Positions 20,455 through 29,968 of a stretch of 64,000 bases of DNA are shown here, in pieces; the stretch's first letter is position 1, and each line of letters starts with the position of its first letter. The notes under the pieces were generated by a model. It was not told the DNA's origin and searched no databases. It saw only the letters and a list, made by a program, of their open reading frames with translations. A program made the position numbers and the translations under genes. Source of the DNA: an uncultured Flavobacteriaceae bacterium (GTDB lineage Bacteria > Bacteroidota > Bacteroidia > Flavobacteriales > Flavobacteriaceae); assembly GCA_963796935.1 (NCBI GenBank), contig CAWCNT010000013.1, forward strand, positions 368,242-432,241, given 5' to 3'.

Positions 20455-20802
20455 TTATACAAAAACAACTTTGTATGTTTTGCCTATTTTTCGATAGTGA
20501 ACCCCTTTATAGGCAAAATATTTTCTTCCTTTAATATATACCACTCTATGTCCTCTAGGTAGCGTTCTTAGGACAATCCCTCTTGGGGCCGCACAAACAA
20601 CATATTTCCTACCGCGGGCTTTATACCATATTCCGGACGCAAAGTGATAATTAACTCCTTTGTGTAGAACTAACCTCGGTTTATAAATGGTGGTAACAAT
20701 GGTTCCATGTTTTGGATATACCTTTACAATTCGTTGCGCATTTCCGGCACTTAGTATTCCAAAAAAGGCAATGATCACTAATACTACTTTAAGACTTTTC
20801 AT
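20455..20802 (-). CDS. Small basic secreted protein (DUF6515-like)
   Basis: Signal peptide ending AGNA; very K/R/Y-rich; motif YVVCAAPRG...LPRG. Confidence 0.65.
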   Translation of the reverse strand: MKSLKVVLVIIAFFGILSAGNAQRIVKVYPKHGTIVTTIYKPRLVLHKGVNYHFASGIWYKARGRKYVVCAAPRGIVLRTLPRGHRVVYIKGRKYFAYKGVHYRKIGKTYKVVFV

Positions 20803-20830
20803 AACAATCTTTTTTAATGGGTTATAGTAC

Positions 20831-20860
20831 TAAGACCGTCTGTTTAAGGCATGGTTTAAT
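20831..20860 (-). promoter_or_regulatory. Candidate ECF sigma promoter, copy 3
   Basis: ATTAAACC-N15-GGTCTTA on the minus strand. Confidence 0.7.
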
Positions 20861-20862
20861 GC

Positions 20863-20889
20863 AAAAGGAGGCTTTATGCCTCCTTTTTT
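20863..20889. terminator. Intrinsic terminator ending the ECF operon
   Basis: AAAAGGAGGC-TTTAT-GCCTCCTTTTTT. Confidence 0.85.
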
Positions 20890-20910
20890 CTGTTTTTTGT
20901 CGAATACTGA

Positions 20911-21345
20911 TTATTGTCGTCGTTTCTGAATTTGCTGCAACAACCTTTTTTTAAAGTCGTCTTCTGCTTTGATCAATAAAAAGGTTTTTCGTGCTGAGAT
21001 CAAATTGGTCATCTTCTTTAAAAATGCGATGTTTCGGTTATTCCTTTCATTTTCCAGCGTCAAAAACTCGTTCATTAAAGATTGGATCTGTTGATCGGAG
21101 ATGTTTTGGAAGTTCTGTAATCTGTCCCTGATCTCAGTGCGTTCTCGTCTGCGTAATTCTTCAATAGCAGCTTCATGTTCGTTATACACTGGCCAAAAAA
21201 CTGCGGCTTCCTCACTTGTAAGACTCAACCGTTCTGTAATAAAGGCGATCTTAAGTGATTTTATTTTATCTCTGCCTGTCTGCGCACTAAGGATGCTGCT
21301 CACAGAAATAAAGGCTATGATGAGTATTTTACTGATATGCTTCAT
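20911..21345 (-). CDS. Periplasmic helical protein ('sensor of ECF-type sigma factor', Spy/CpxP-like)
   Basis: Signal peptide; motif KIAFITERLSLTSEEAAVFWPVYNE; third gene of the ECF operon. Confidence 0.7.
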   Translation of the reverse strand: MKHISKILIIAFISVSSILSAQTGRDKIKSLKIAFITERLSLTSEEAAVFWPVYNEHEAAIEELRRRERTEIRDRLQNFQNISDQQIQSLMNEFLTLENERNNRNIAFLKKMTNLISARKTFLLIKAEDDFKKRLLQQIQKRRQ

Positions 21346-21853
21346 CTAAGTCGATATTTAATTCATCAAAATCATCTATTGTATCTTCAAGGTAGTCAAT
21401 GATCTGTTCGTCATCCATACCTGTTTCCATAAATTCATCAATATCCAGGTTTGCCACCGGAATCACTTCAGCAATTTCATAACTGCTTAATTCCATTTCT
21501 TGTGACTCAAAATACGAGGTAATATCTACCTCGGCAAGATCATCAAAAGTGATAGTTTGAGATCTGTTCCATGGGAATGCAATGACCAGTACAATTACGG
21601 CGGCAATAGCCGCAGCTGCGTATAAGTAATTCTTATAGGGTCTCAATTGAATTACAGGAGTCTCTTTCCGGGTAGTCTTTGCAAGTATTTCTTTTTCAAG
21701 ATTGTCAAAATAGGAATCGGGAACTGCAAAGCCATCCTCTTTTGGGAACTGTTGGGCATCTTCTTCCTGCATCCGTTTCTGGATACGTTCTGTGAGCCCT
21801 TCAAAATATCCTGTAGGGGTTTTAAAACTGTTCTTTTTAGGTATCTTTTTCAT
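21329..21853 (-). CDS. Putative anti-sigma factor, single transmembrane
   Basis: Duplicated F-x-x-P-x-x-YF motif (FKTPTGYF, FAVPDSYF), a TM segment (YAAAAIAAVIVLVIAF) and an acidic C-terminus; lies directly after the ECF sigma. Confidence 0.7.
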   Translation of the reverse strand: MKKIPKKNSFKTPTGYFEGLTERIQKRMQEEDAQQFPKEDGFAVPDSYFDNLEKEILAKTTRKETPVIQLRPYKNYLYAAAAIAAVIVLVIAFPWNRSQTITFDDLAEVDITSYFESQEMELSSYEIAEVIPVANLDIDEFMETGMDDEQIIDYLEDTIDDFDELNIDLDEAYQ

Positions 21854-21861
21854 TGTTTAGG

Positions 21862-21891
21862 TTTGACACTTCTTCCGGGAGATGGTTTAAT
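21862..21891 (-). promoter_or_regulatory. Candidate ECF promoter, copy 2 (internal, before the anti-sigma gene)
   Basis: ATTAAACC-N15-TGTCAAA; the -35 element overlaps the sigma stop codon. Confidence 0.6.
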
Positions 21892-22429
21892 GATTCTCAA
21901 GGAAGCCTTCTATTTTTTTAACTGCTAAGTGGTAGGACGCTTTTAATGCTCCAACCGACGTTCCCAATATTTCTGAGATCTCCTCATATTTTAATTCTTC
22001 AAAATACTTCATGTTAAAGACCAATTTCTGTTTGTCGGGCAAACTTGCTATGGCCTGTTGTAATTTTAATTGTATAGCATCTCCTTCAAAATAAACATCT
22101 GCCTCAAGTGTATTTGCTTTACGCTCAATAAGCTCATCGCTACTCACGCCCAGTTTTCTTGACTTGGTTTTTAAAAATGTTAGGGCCTCATTGGTTCCTA
22201 TTCTATACATCCAGGAGTATAATTTACTTTCTCCCTTAAACTTATCAATATTCCTAAATACCTTTATAAACGTATTTTGCAAAACATCGTCCGCATCGTC
22301 ATGATCGAGCACAATTCGCCGAATATGCCAGTACAAGCGCTCTTTGTAGGAGTTAATAAGCACCTCAAAAGCCTTGGCCTGGGTATCTTTTTGCTTTAGT
22401 TCTTTAACTAAGGTTTCTTCAGCAATCAA
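21887..22429 (-). CDS. ECF RNA polymerase sigma factor (TTG start)
   Basis: Region 2 (DADDVLQNTFIK...SWMYRI) and region 4 (LKYEEISEILGTSVGALKASYH). Confidence 0.93.
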   Translation of the reverse strand: MIAEETLVKELKQKDTQAKAFEVLINSYKERLYWHIRRIVLDHDDADDVLQNTFIKVFRNIDKFKGESKLYSWMYRIGTNEALTFLKTKSRKLGVSSDELIERKANTLEADVYFEGDAIQLKLQQAIASLPDKQKLVFNMKYFEELKYEEISEILGTSVGALKASYHLAVKKIEGFLENH

Positions 22430-22448
22430 AGTCAGTTCGTTATTCTTG

Positions 22449-22478
22449 TAAGACCCTTATTTAGTATAAAGGTTTAAT
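22449..22478 (-). promoter_or_regulatory. Candidate autoregulatory ECF promoter, copy 1
   Basis: ATTAAACC-N15-GGTCTTA, about 20 nt upstream of the sigma start. Confidence 0.7.
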
Positions 22479-22545
22479 GAGCTGTTCTATACCTTCTAAA
22501 ATAGCCATTTTATCGATTCAACCAACCCAACGAAGGAAGCCGTAG

Positions 22546-24369
22546 CTATGAGAATGATTGCATGGCCACTAATTTATGGTATACACCTTTCTTCTTTAGT
22601 AGTATCTCATGAGTGCCTTGTTCAATGATCTTGCCTTTTTCCAGTACTATAATGGTATCTGCATTTTGTATCGTAGATAACCTATGTGCAATGACCAGAG
22701 ATGTACGGTTCTTCATTAACTTTTCCAAGGCATCCTGAACCAATCGTTCGCTTTCTGTATCTAGCGCAGAAGTAGCTTCATCAAGGATCATAATTGGCGG
22801 ATTCTTCAGTACTGCACGGGCTATGGAAAGTCGTTGTTTTTGTCCCCCGCTCAGTTTATTTCCGCTATCTCCAATATTAGTTTCGTATCCTTTGGGTAGT
22901 TGGTGTATAAATTCGTGAGCATTGGCTATTTTGGCGGCTTCCATGATCTCGGCCTCTGTTGCGTTCTCTTTACCAAGGGCAATATTATTCCGCACCGTGT
23001 CATTAAAAAGTATAGAATCTTGAGTTACCAGACCCATAAGATGGCGCAAAGACTTTTTTGATAATTGTTTGATGGATATTCCGTCTATCTTAATATCTCC
23101 TTTATTTACATCATAAAAACGGGTCACCAGATTTGTAATGGTGCTTTTTCCGCTCCCGGACTGCCCCACCAAAGCCACTGTTTTACCTTTGGGTACTTCC
23201 AGAGAAAACCCTTCCAACACCCAATCATTCTCATATTTAAATGAGATGTCTTCAATGGAAATGGCTGTTTTAAACTGTTCTAATGCTTTGGGATGCTCAA
23301 CTTCTTTGATAGGATTCTCAGTTTCCAGGATCTCTAACACCCGCTCCGCAGCTGCATTCCCTTTTTTAACCCCATAGGAAGCCTTGCTAATGGCCTTGGC
23401 CGGAGTTAGAATATTATAGGCCAATCCCATATAAGCGATAAAGGAGGAAGCATCTAACGTTTTATCTATGAGCACCATCTTTCCTCCAAACCATAGTAAT
23501 ACACCTATGACGACTATGCCAAGAAATTCTCCAGTAGGGGAGGCCAGGTTCTGTCGGTTGAGCAGTTTGTTCGAAAAATGAAAGAAGCGTTCTGTGGAGG
23601 CACTGAAGATCTTATAAAAACGAGACTCGGAATTAAAAGCTTTTATAACTCTAAGGCCCCCAAGGGTTTCTTCTACTATGGATAAGAATTCACCTTGTTC
23701 TTTTTGTACTCTGTCCGATTTCTTTTTGAGCGATTTGCCGATCCTCGAGATGATCATTCCAGCCAGGGGAATAAAAATAAATACAAAGAGCGTTAGCTTT
23801 ACGCTGATAAAGAACATAACGGCGATGGTAAACAAAATAGTAAGAGGTTCCCGAACTATCAATTCTAAAATAGAAAGAAAGGAATGCTGTATTTCCAACA
23901 CATCTGAGGTGATCCTTGCTATGACATCTCCTTTTTTCTTTTCAGAATAAAATGAAATGGGCAATTCCACGATCTTTTGATACATACGATTCCGGATGTC
24001 TTTTAAAACACCATTTCTCAGGAACGTAATAAAATACATGGCGAGGTAGTTGAAAATATTCTTGAGAAAGAACAAAATAAGCACCAGGGCGATCACCAGC
24101 ACCAGGGCCTGCATCTCATTAGAGTCCGAATAGGAGGTAAGTCGGTAACTTATGTAATCCTGAAAATAATCTTTTAGAGACCCTATACCTTCATACACCG
24201 GTTTTTCATAGACCTTTTTTGTTTGCTTAAAAAGTACATCGAGCATTGGAATAAGTGCCGCAAAAGATAACGCACTGAAAAGGGCATAGAGAATATTAAA
24301 AAAGATGTTGAGAAATGCGTATTTCTTATAAGGAATCGCAAAGCGAAGGATTTTTTTGAAATAGTTCAT
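22546..24369 (-). CDS. MsbA-like ABC exporter (TMD+NBD)
   Basis: Motifs GQSGSGKST, LSGGQKQR, ILDEATSALD; N-terminal TM helices. Confidence 0.9.
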   Translation of the reverse strand: MNYFKKILRFAIPYKKYAFLNIFFNILYALFSALSFAALIPMLDVLFKQTKKVYEKPVYEGIGSLKDYFQDYISYRLTSYSDSNEMQALVLVIALVLILFFLKNIFNYLAMYFITFLRNGVLKDIRNRMYQKIVELPISFYSEKKKGDVIARITSDVLEIQHSFLSILELIVREPLTILFTIAVMFFISVKLTLFVFIFIPLAGMIISRIGKSLKKKSDRVQKEQGEFLSIVEETLGGLRVIKAFNSESRFYKIFSASTERFFHFSNKLLNRQNLASPTGEFLGIVVIGVLLWFGGKMVLIDKTLDASSFIAYMGLAYNILTPAKAISKASYGVKKGNAAAERVLEILETENPIKEVEHPKALEQFKTAISIEDISFKYENDWVLEGFSLEVPKGKTVALVGQSGSGKSTITNLVTRFYDVNKGDIKIDGISIKQLSKKSLRHLMGLVTQDSILFNDTVRNNIALGKENATEAEIMEAAKIANAHEFIHQLPKGYETNIGDSGNKLSGGQKQRLSIARAVLKNPPIMILDEATSALDTESERLVQDALEKLMKNRTSLVIAHRLSTIQNADTIIVLEKGKIIEQGTHEILLKKKGVYHKLVAMQSFS

Positions 24370-26078
24370 TAATCCAAATTCAGTTGTTTCAGGATACGAG
24401 CCAACTTGTCTTCTAATGCCTGGTTTACCTTCTTATAATCAGACACCTTGTCCAAAGCTGCGTTGACGCTGAAATAAAATTTAATCTTCGGCTCTGTACC
24501 ACTCGGCCTTGCCGCCATTCGAGTACCATCTGCCGTTGTATAAATTAAAACGTTAGACGTTGGAAGCGCTATAGGCGTAACCTCACCTGAGACTAAATTA
24601 GTTGATGTTGCCGTATTATAATCGTCTACAGTGATTACAGGCGACCCGTCTAGCGATTTTACCGGATTGGCCTTGTAATCTTTCATCATTTGAGTGATCT
24701 CTTCGGCCCCTGAAATTCCTTTTTTAGTTAAGGAGATCAACTTTTCCTTATAGAAGCCGTAAGCTTCATAACACTTGATCAATTCCTCATAAAATGAACT
24801 GCCATTAGCTTTTGCCTGAGCTCCTATTTCACAAGCCAATAGGGTAGAGGTCACCGCGTCTTTATCCCGTACAAAATCGCCCACCATAAACCCAAAACTT
24901 TCCTCACCCCCACCAACAAAATACTGTGTTGGATGGTCTGCGATCATTTTTGCGATCCATTTAAAGCCGGTTAGGGAAGTCTTACATTCAACCCCATAGG
25001 CATCTGCCAAAGACTGCATCATAGGTGTGGAAACAATAGTGGAAGCTATAAATTCATGTCCTTTAATTCCAGATTTTTTTCGCTGATCTAGTAAGAACTT
25101 GGTCATAAGTATCATGGTCTGATTCCCATTTAACAATTCCATATTCCCTTCAAGATTACGCACCGCAATACCCAGTCGGTCACTATCAGGATCAGTACCA
25201 ACAACCATATCGGCCCCAATTTCTTCTGCTTTTTTCGTAGCAAGGGATAAGGCTTCGGGCTCTTCCGGATTTGGGGAAACTACTGTTGGAAAATTTCCGT
25301 CTGGCACGGCTTGTTCCTCTATAATAGACACTTTGGGGTATCCGGCTCTTTTAAGTACTTCTGGTATAGCTGTAATTGAGGTACCATGGAGGGAAGTAAA
25401 AACAATTGAAAAATCGGCTTTCCCCTGGGCATTAAAATCTCCATTTTCTACGGAGGCTTTTATAAAAGCTTCATCAACCTCCTTATCTATTAGTTGTATA
25501 AACTCTTCTTTGGCCTCAAACCTAATCTCTTCAAAGGAAAGGCCATTGATCTCTGCAATGATCCGTCCGTCATGTGGTGGAACTATTTGGCCTCCATCTG
25601 TCCAATATACCTTGTAACCGTTGTATTCAGGAGGATTATGGGATGCCGTAAGTACTATACCTGCATGGCATTTCAAATAACGAACTGCGAAAGAAAGTTC
25701 GGGAGTGGTTCGCAATTCAGAGAAAAGATATACCTGTATATTATTTGCTGAAAATACCTCGGCTACTATTCTTGCAAGTGTATCACTATTATGACGACAA
25801 TCATAAGCGATAACAACTTTCAAAGGAGTGTCCGGATATGACTTTTTAAGATAATTGCTCAGGCCTTGTGTGCTTTTGCCCAAGGTATATTTATTGATCC
25901 GGTTGGTACCTACACCCATGATACCGCGCATGCCTCCTGTACCAAATTCCATGTTCTTATAGAACCGGTCTTTTAGGTCTTCGGGATCTGTATCGATAAG
26001 ATGTTGAATTTCTTTTTTTACGGCAGGATCAAAAAAATCGGTTAACCAACTTTGGGCTGTAGTAAGAATGTCATTCAT
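24369..26078 (-). CDS. pgm: Phosphoglucomutase/phosphomannomutase
   Basis: Motifs FGTGGMRG, TASHNP, DPDSDR, GEESFG, RPSGTEPKIK. Confidence 0.92.
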   Translation of the reverse strand: MNDILTTAQSWLTDFFDPAVKKEIQHLIDTDPEDLKDRFYKNMEFGTGGMRGIMGVGTNRINKYTLGKSTQGLSNYLKKSYPDTPLKVVIAYDCRHNSDTLARIVAEVFSANNIQVYLFSELRTTPELSFAVRYLKCHAGIVLTASHNPPEYNGYKVYWTDGGQIVPPHDGRIIAEINGLSFEEIRFEAKEEFIQLIDKEVDEAFIKASVENGDFNAQGKADFSIVFTSLHGTSITAIPEVLKRAGYPKVSIIEEQAVPDGNFPTVVSPNPEEPEALSLATKKAEEIGADMVVGTDPDSDRLGIAVRNLEGNMELLNGNQTMILMTKFLLDQRKKSGIKGHEFIASTIVSTPMMQSLADAYGVECKTSLTGFKWIAKMIADHPTQYFVGGGEESFGFMVGDFVRDKDAVTSTLLACEIGAQAKANGSSFYEELIKCYEAYGFYKEKLISLTKKGISGAEEITQMMKDYKANPVKSLDGSPVITVDDYNTATSTNLVSGEVTPIALPTSNVLIYTTADGTRMAARPSGTEPKIKFYFSVNAALDKVSDYKKVNQALEDKLARILKQLNLD

Positions 26079-26108
26079 GAGGTAAGAGTTGCGTATATAA
26101 AGATAAAA

Positions 26109-27083
26109 TTACGAAGAATATTCCTTAACGCGGGGCGACAGATTTATTTCCTTTGAAATTGTATAACGTGGCTCGCTCTTTCTAGATCGTACCATGATCT
26201 CCCCCAGAAAGCCAGCCAGAAAAAACTGTGTCCCAATGATCATGGCGGTAAGGGCCACGTAAAACTGGGGACGTTGACTAAGTAGTCTCCCTGTAGGGTG
26301 GATAAACAATTTATCAATTCCCAGATAGAGCGCAAACCCAGATCCTATGATAAACATAAGTACACCAAGCGCTCCAAAGAGGTGCATGGGGCGTTTACCA
26401 AACTTAGAGACAAACCAAATTGTAATAAGGTCTAGGAAGCCATTGATAAAGCGGTCTGCTCCAAATTTTGTTTTTCCGTATTTCCGCGCCTGATGTTGTA
26501 CTACCTTCTCACCAATCTTTGAAAATCCGGCATTTTTGGCAAGGACAGGGATATAGCGATGCATCTCGCCCGAAACCTCAATTGTTTTTATAACCTCTTT
26601 CCTGAATGCTTTTAAACCACAATTGAAATCATGCAATTTTACTCCCGATGTTTTCCGGGCAGCCCAGTTAAATAGTTTGGAAGGAATATTTTTGGTAAGG
26701 GCATGATCGTATCGCTTCTTTTTCCAACCGGAAACCAGCTCATAGTGCTCATCTTGTATCATTTCTACCAAAGCGGGTATCTCTTCCGGATTGTCCTGAA
26801 GATCGGCGTCCATGGTAATGATGATATCTCCAATAGCTTGTTTAAATCCGGCATGTAGCGCCTGTGATTTGCCAAAATTCTTTAAGAAACGAATCCCTTT
26901 GACATGCGGATTACCCCCGGCTAGTTGGGAAATAATTTCCCAGGAATTATCCGTACTACCGTCATCAATAAAAACGATCTCATATAAAAAATGATTGGAC
27001 TGCATCACCGATGCAATCCAATCATGGAGTTCTTGTAAAGATTCTTCTTCGTTTAATAAAGGAATGACAATAGATAAGGTCAT
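26109..27083 (-). CDS. GT2 polyprenyl-phosphate glycosyltransferase (GtrB/ArnC-like)
   Basis: Motifs IVIPLLNEE, DDGSTD, MDADLQD and two C-terminal TM helices; likely start is ATG 27083. Confidence 0.88.
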   Translation of the reverse strand: MTLSIVIPLLNEEESLQELHDWIASVMQSNHFLYEIVFIDDGSTDNSWEIISQLAGGNPHVKGIRFLKNFGKSQALHAGFKQAIGDIIITMDADLQDNPEEIPALVEMIQDEHYELVSGWKKKRYDHALTKNIPSKLFNWAARKTSGVKLHDFNCGLKAFRKEVIKTIEVSGEMHRYIPVLAKNAGFSKIGEKVVQHQARKYGKTKFGADRFINGFLDLITIWFVSKFGKRPMHLFGALGVLMFIIGSGFALYLGIDKLFIHPTGRLLSQRPQFYVALTAMIIGTQFFLAGFLGEIMVRSRKSEPRYTISKEINLSPRVKEYSS

Positions 27084-27120
27084 GGAATATCGTTGCTTCT
27101 TCCTTTCAAAAGTACAAATA

Positions 27121-27645
27121 TTAATTTTCCGGTTTCGACTTTTTAAGGATAAAGGCTGGAACAAGAGATAAAATAAATCCAAAGAACAGACTTCCAATTA
27201 GACCAAAGGCGATCTGCATTACAGGTGTTGAGAAACTCTTACCCATTTCCATTTGGGCATCAATTTGTTGTACAGATAGTTGACCAGCAGCAATTAATTG
27301 TTCTCTTTGATAATCCATAGCCTTGGTCATTGTATCAGGATCTATGAAATTTATCAATACCTGATTAAATAGGACACCTATGACAGCCCCTACAAGGCTA
27401 ATACCTACCCCAATTTTTAATGCCTGGCCAAAGCTCAAGAATCCATTATTGGCCTTTTTGAACTGCATCATTCCTATAACTATTAATATGATGGTTAGTA
27501 CAAGGCTTACACCCATGACTGCTAATCCACCCTGATAGTGCATGTCCAGGGAATATAACATTAAAGAAAAAGCTACGCTGATAACCCCAAGGATTACCCC
27601 AAAGTTTAAAGCATATTTACCTGTTTTTGGTTGATTTTGTTCCAT
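27121..27645 (-). CDS. 4-TM membrane protein (DUF4199-like), copy 2
   Basis: Four hydrophobic segments with FKKANNGFLSFGQALKIG. Confidence 0.75.
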   Translation of the reverse strand: MEQNQPKTGKYALNFGVILGVISVAFSLMLYSLDMHYQGGLAVMGVSLVLTIILIVIGMMQFKKANNGFLSFGQALKIGVGISLVGAVIGVLFNQVLINFIDPDTMTKAMDYQREQLIAAGQLSVQQIDAQMEMGKSFSTPVMQIAFGLIGSLFFGFILSLVPAFILKKSKPEN

Positions 27646-27659
27646 TATTTACTTCAGTT

Positions 27660-28166
27660 TTATGATTTTTTGAATATTAAACCACCAATTAATCCGATTA
27701 CCAAGCCCATGATAATATTAAAAATCAGGATGAATGGGTAGGAAACCCAAAAGTAGTCGATAGTTCCCTGGTATTGTTGATCTATTTGAGCAGCAGACAT
27801 AACTCCGGCTTCCTCTGCAGCAGCCTTGGTATTCTCGGCTATTTTTGTGATAAATTCTGTATCCAAAACACTCGATAGAAAGATTAAATAAATAATATAG
27901 ATAACTCCGGAGATCAGTGCTATACCTATACCTAACTTAATTGCTTGTCCAAGTGATAATAATCCGCCATTGGCCTTTCTGAAATTAAATATCGCCCAAA
28001 TTGTAATTGCTACAGCCAATACTATGCTAATTACCGTATTACTCGTATCTTGAGTAGCATGCGCATCCATTGAGTATAGCATAAGGTTATATACGACACT
28101 TATTGCTCCAAGGATTAAGCCATAATTGAGTGAAAATTTTGCGATTTTTGGTTGATTTTGTTCCAT
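27660..28166 (-). CDS. 4-TM membrane protein (DUF4199-like), copy 1
   Basis: FRKANGGLLSLGQAIKLG; same MEQNQPK start as its neighbour. Confidence 0.75.
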   Translation of the reverse strand: MEQNQPKIAKFSLNYGLILGAISVVYNLMLYSMDAHATQDTSNTVISIVLAVAITIWAIFNFRKANGGLLSLGQAIKLGIGIALISGVIYIIYLIFLSSVLDTEFITKIAENTKAAAEEAGVMSAAQIDQQYQGTIDYFWVSYPFILIFNIIMGLVIGLIGGLIFKKS

Positions 28167-28329
28167 TTTATAGTTCAGTTTTACGTTTATTGAATTGTTA
28201 GTGCTCGTTTAATGTAAAATGTTACAAAACCAAGATACAATTTTTAAGATGGTTTTTTGAAGTTCTTCTTGTGGAATGCTAAAAAAATTAATTACATTTG
28301 CAGCCTGAAAAAAGAATACCCCTAAGACA

Positions 28330-28617
28330 ATGAGAAAAGGTATACACCCAGAGAATTATAGATTGGTAGCATTTAAAGACATGTCTAATGACGAAGTTTT
28401 TATCACTAAATCTACAGCAGACACTAAGGAGACCCTGGACGTAGAAGGCGTTCAATATCCTCTGATCAAATTAGAGATCTCAAGAACTTCACATCCGTTT
28501 TACACCGGTAAAGCCAAATTGGTCGATACTGCTGGTAGGATTGATAAGTTTAAGAACAAATACCAGAAGTTCAAAAAAGAGGCAGCTCCTGCCGCTGAAG
28601 AAAAGAAAGAAAAGTAA
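28330..28617 (+). CDS. rpmE2: 50S ribosomal protein L31 type B
   Basis: MRKGIHPENYR...SHPFYTGK...GRIDKF with no Cys; TACATTTG -7 element at 28293-28300. Confidence 0.93.
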   Translation: MRKGIHPENYRLVAFKDMSNDEVFITKSTADTKETLDVEGVQYPLIKLEISRTSHPFYTGKAKLVDTAGRIDKFKNKYQKFKKEAAPAAEEKKEK

Positions 28618-28643
28618 AATTTTCCTGGTAGTACAAAATATTG

Positions 28644-28680
28644 TAGCGCCTCCGATACGTATCGGGGGCGTTATTTTTTT
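28644..28680 (+). terminator. Intrinsic terminator
   Basis: TAGCGCCTCCGATACGTATCGGGGGCGTTA followed by a T7 run. Confidence 0.85.
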
Positions 28681-28703
28681 ACTTTTGGTTAAAATAAGTA
28701 TCC

Positions 28704-29879
28704 ATGAATTATATACTCATAGATAGTGAGGTAAGAACCACTTTGCTCCCTTTTACTTTTACCAGACCCGTTGCAGAGATAAGGATCGGCATCCTTACAT
28801 TAAGGGAAAAATGGGAGGCTTATTTAAAGGCCACAAGCTCGTTTAAAACGGAAGAATATCTCCGGGTGAAATATCCAATGACGTTGGAAGGCGATAATAT
28901 TTTTATAGACGCCTCCTTTTTACCAACCCCAGAATTGGTGTCGGTTATTCAATCTTTGGAACCGGAAATGGCTCTTACACATAATGATTTAGTGCTGGCA
29001 TATAGGTCTGCTAAGGACATATCCCTGTCAGATGTTACTTCTTTAAAACAAAAAAGCTACCAAAAACCTTTGATCAGGATCCAAAATACATGGGATATCT
29101 TTTCAAAGAATGGGGAGGCCTTACAGCAAGACTTTGATCTCCTTACAAAAGGGAGAAAAAGCGCTCCTATCTCTAAGACGAATAGACTGATCTCTCCCGA
29201 GAACATATTTTTAGAGGAAGGGGCCAAGGTAGAGTGCAGCATTCTGAATGCTTCAAAAGGTCCTATTTATCTGGGGAAGGATTCTGAGGTCATGGAAGGA
29301 AATATGATCCGTGGTGGGTTTGCACTTTGCGAAGGTGCAGTTGTAAAAATGGGGGCCAAGATATATGGACCAACAACTGTAGGACCCAATGGGAAGGTAT
29401 GTGGAGAGATCAGCAATTCTGTCATTTTTGGTAATTCGAGCAAAGGACATGATGGGTATCTTGGCAATTCAGTGCTGGGAGAATGGTGTAATATTGGAGC
29501 TGATTCTAATAATTCTAATCTTAAGAATAATTATGCCAAGGTAAGATTATGGAATTACGCTACGGAGAGCTTTGAACAAACCGGACTCCAATTTTGCGGA
29601 CTTATGATGGGGGATCACAGTAAAACGGCTATTAACACTATGTTCAATACTGGGACTGTTATAGGGGTTAATTGCAACATTTACACTCCGGGCTTTCCGC
29701 GCAACTTTGTTCCCAGCTTTAGTTGGGGTGGGGCGAGCGGGTTTACAACCTATGCTACCGCTAAGGCATTTGAAGCCGCAGAGGTTATGATGGCAAGACG
29801 TGGAAGAATCTTCGATGAAAAGGAAGCGTCTATCCTGGAACACGTTTTTGAGCTCACCAAGAAATGGCGTAAGTATTAG
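28704..29879 (+). CDS. GlmU-family putative sugar nucleotidyltransferase/acetyltransferase
   Basis: LLPFTFTRPVAEIRIGILT N-terminus, hexapeptide repeats, HDGYLGNSVLGEWCNIGA. Confidence 0.82.
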   Translation: MNYILIDSEVRTTLLPFTFTRPVAEIRIGILTLREKWEAYLKATSSFKTEEYLRVKYPMTLEGDNIFIDASFLPTPELVSVIQSLEPEMALTHNDLVLAYRSAKDISLSDVTSLKQKSYQKPLIRIQNTWDIFSKNGEALQQDFDLLTKGRKSAPISKTNRLISPENIFLEEGAKVECSILNASKGPIYLGKDSEVMEGNMIRGGFALCEGAVVKMGAKIYGPTTVGPNGKVCGEISNSVIFGNSSKGHDGYLGNSVLGEWCNIGADSNNSNLKNNYAKVRLWNYATESFEQTGLQFCGLMMGDHSKTAINTMFNTGTVIGVNCNIYTPGFPRNFVPSFSWGGASGFTTYATAKAFEAAEVMMARRGRIFDEKEASILEHVFELTKKWRKY

Positions 29880-29968
29880 AAAATCAGACCTTAGGACAGG
29901 GAATGAACATTTTATAGACAGCACTCAAAGTGTTATCTTTGCCACCCCTTACGATGGGAATAGAAAAA

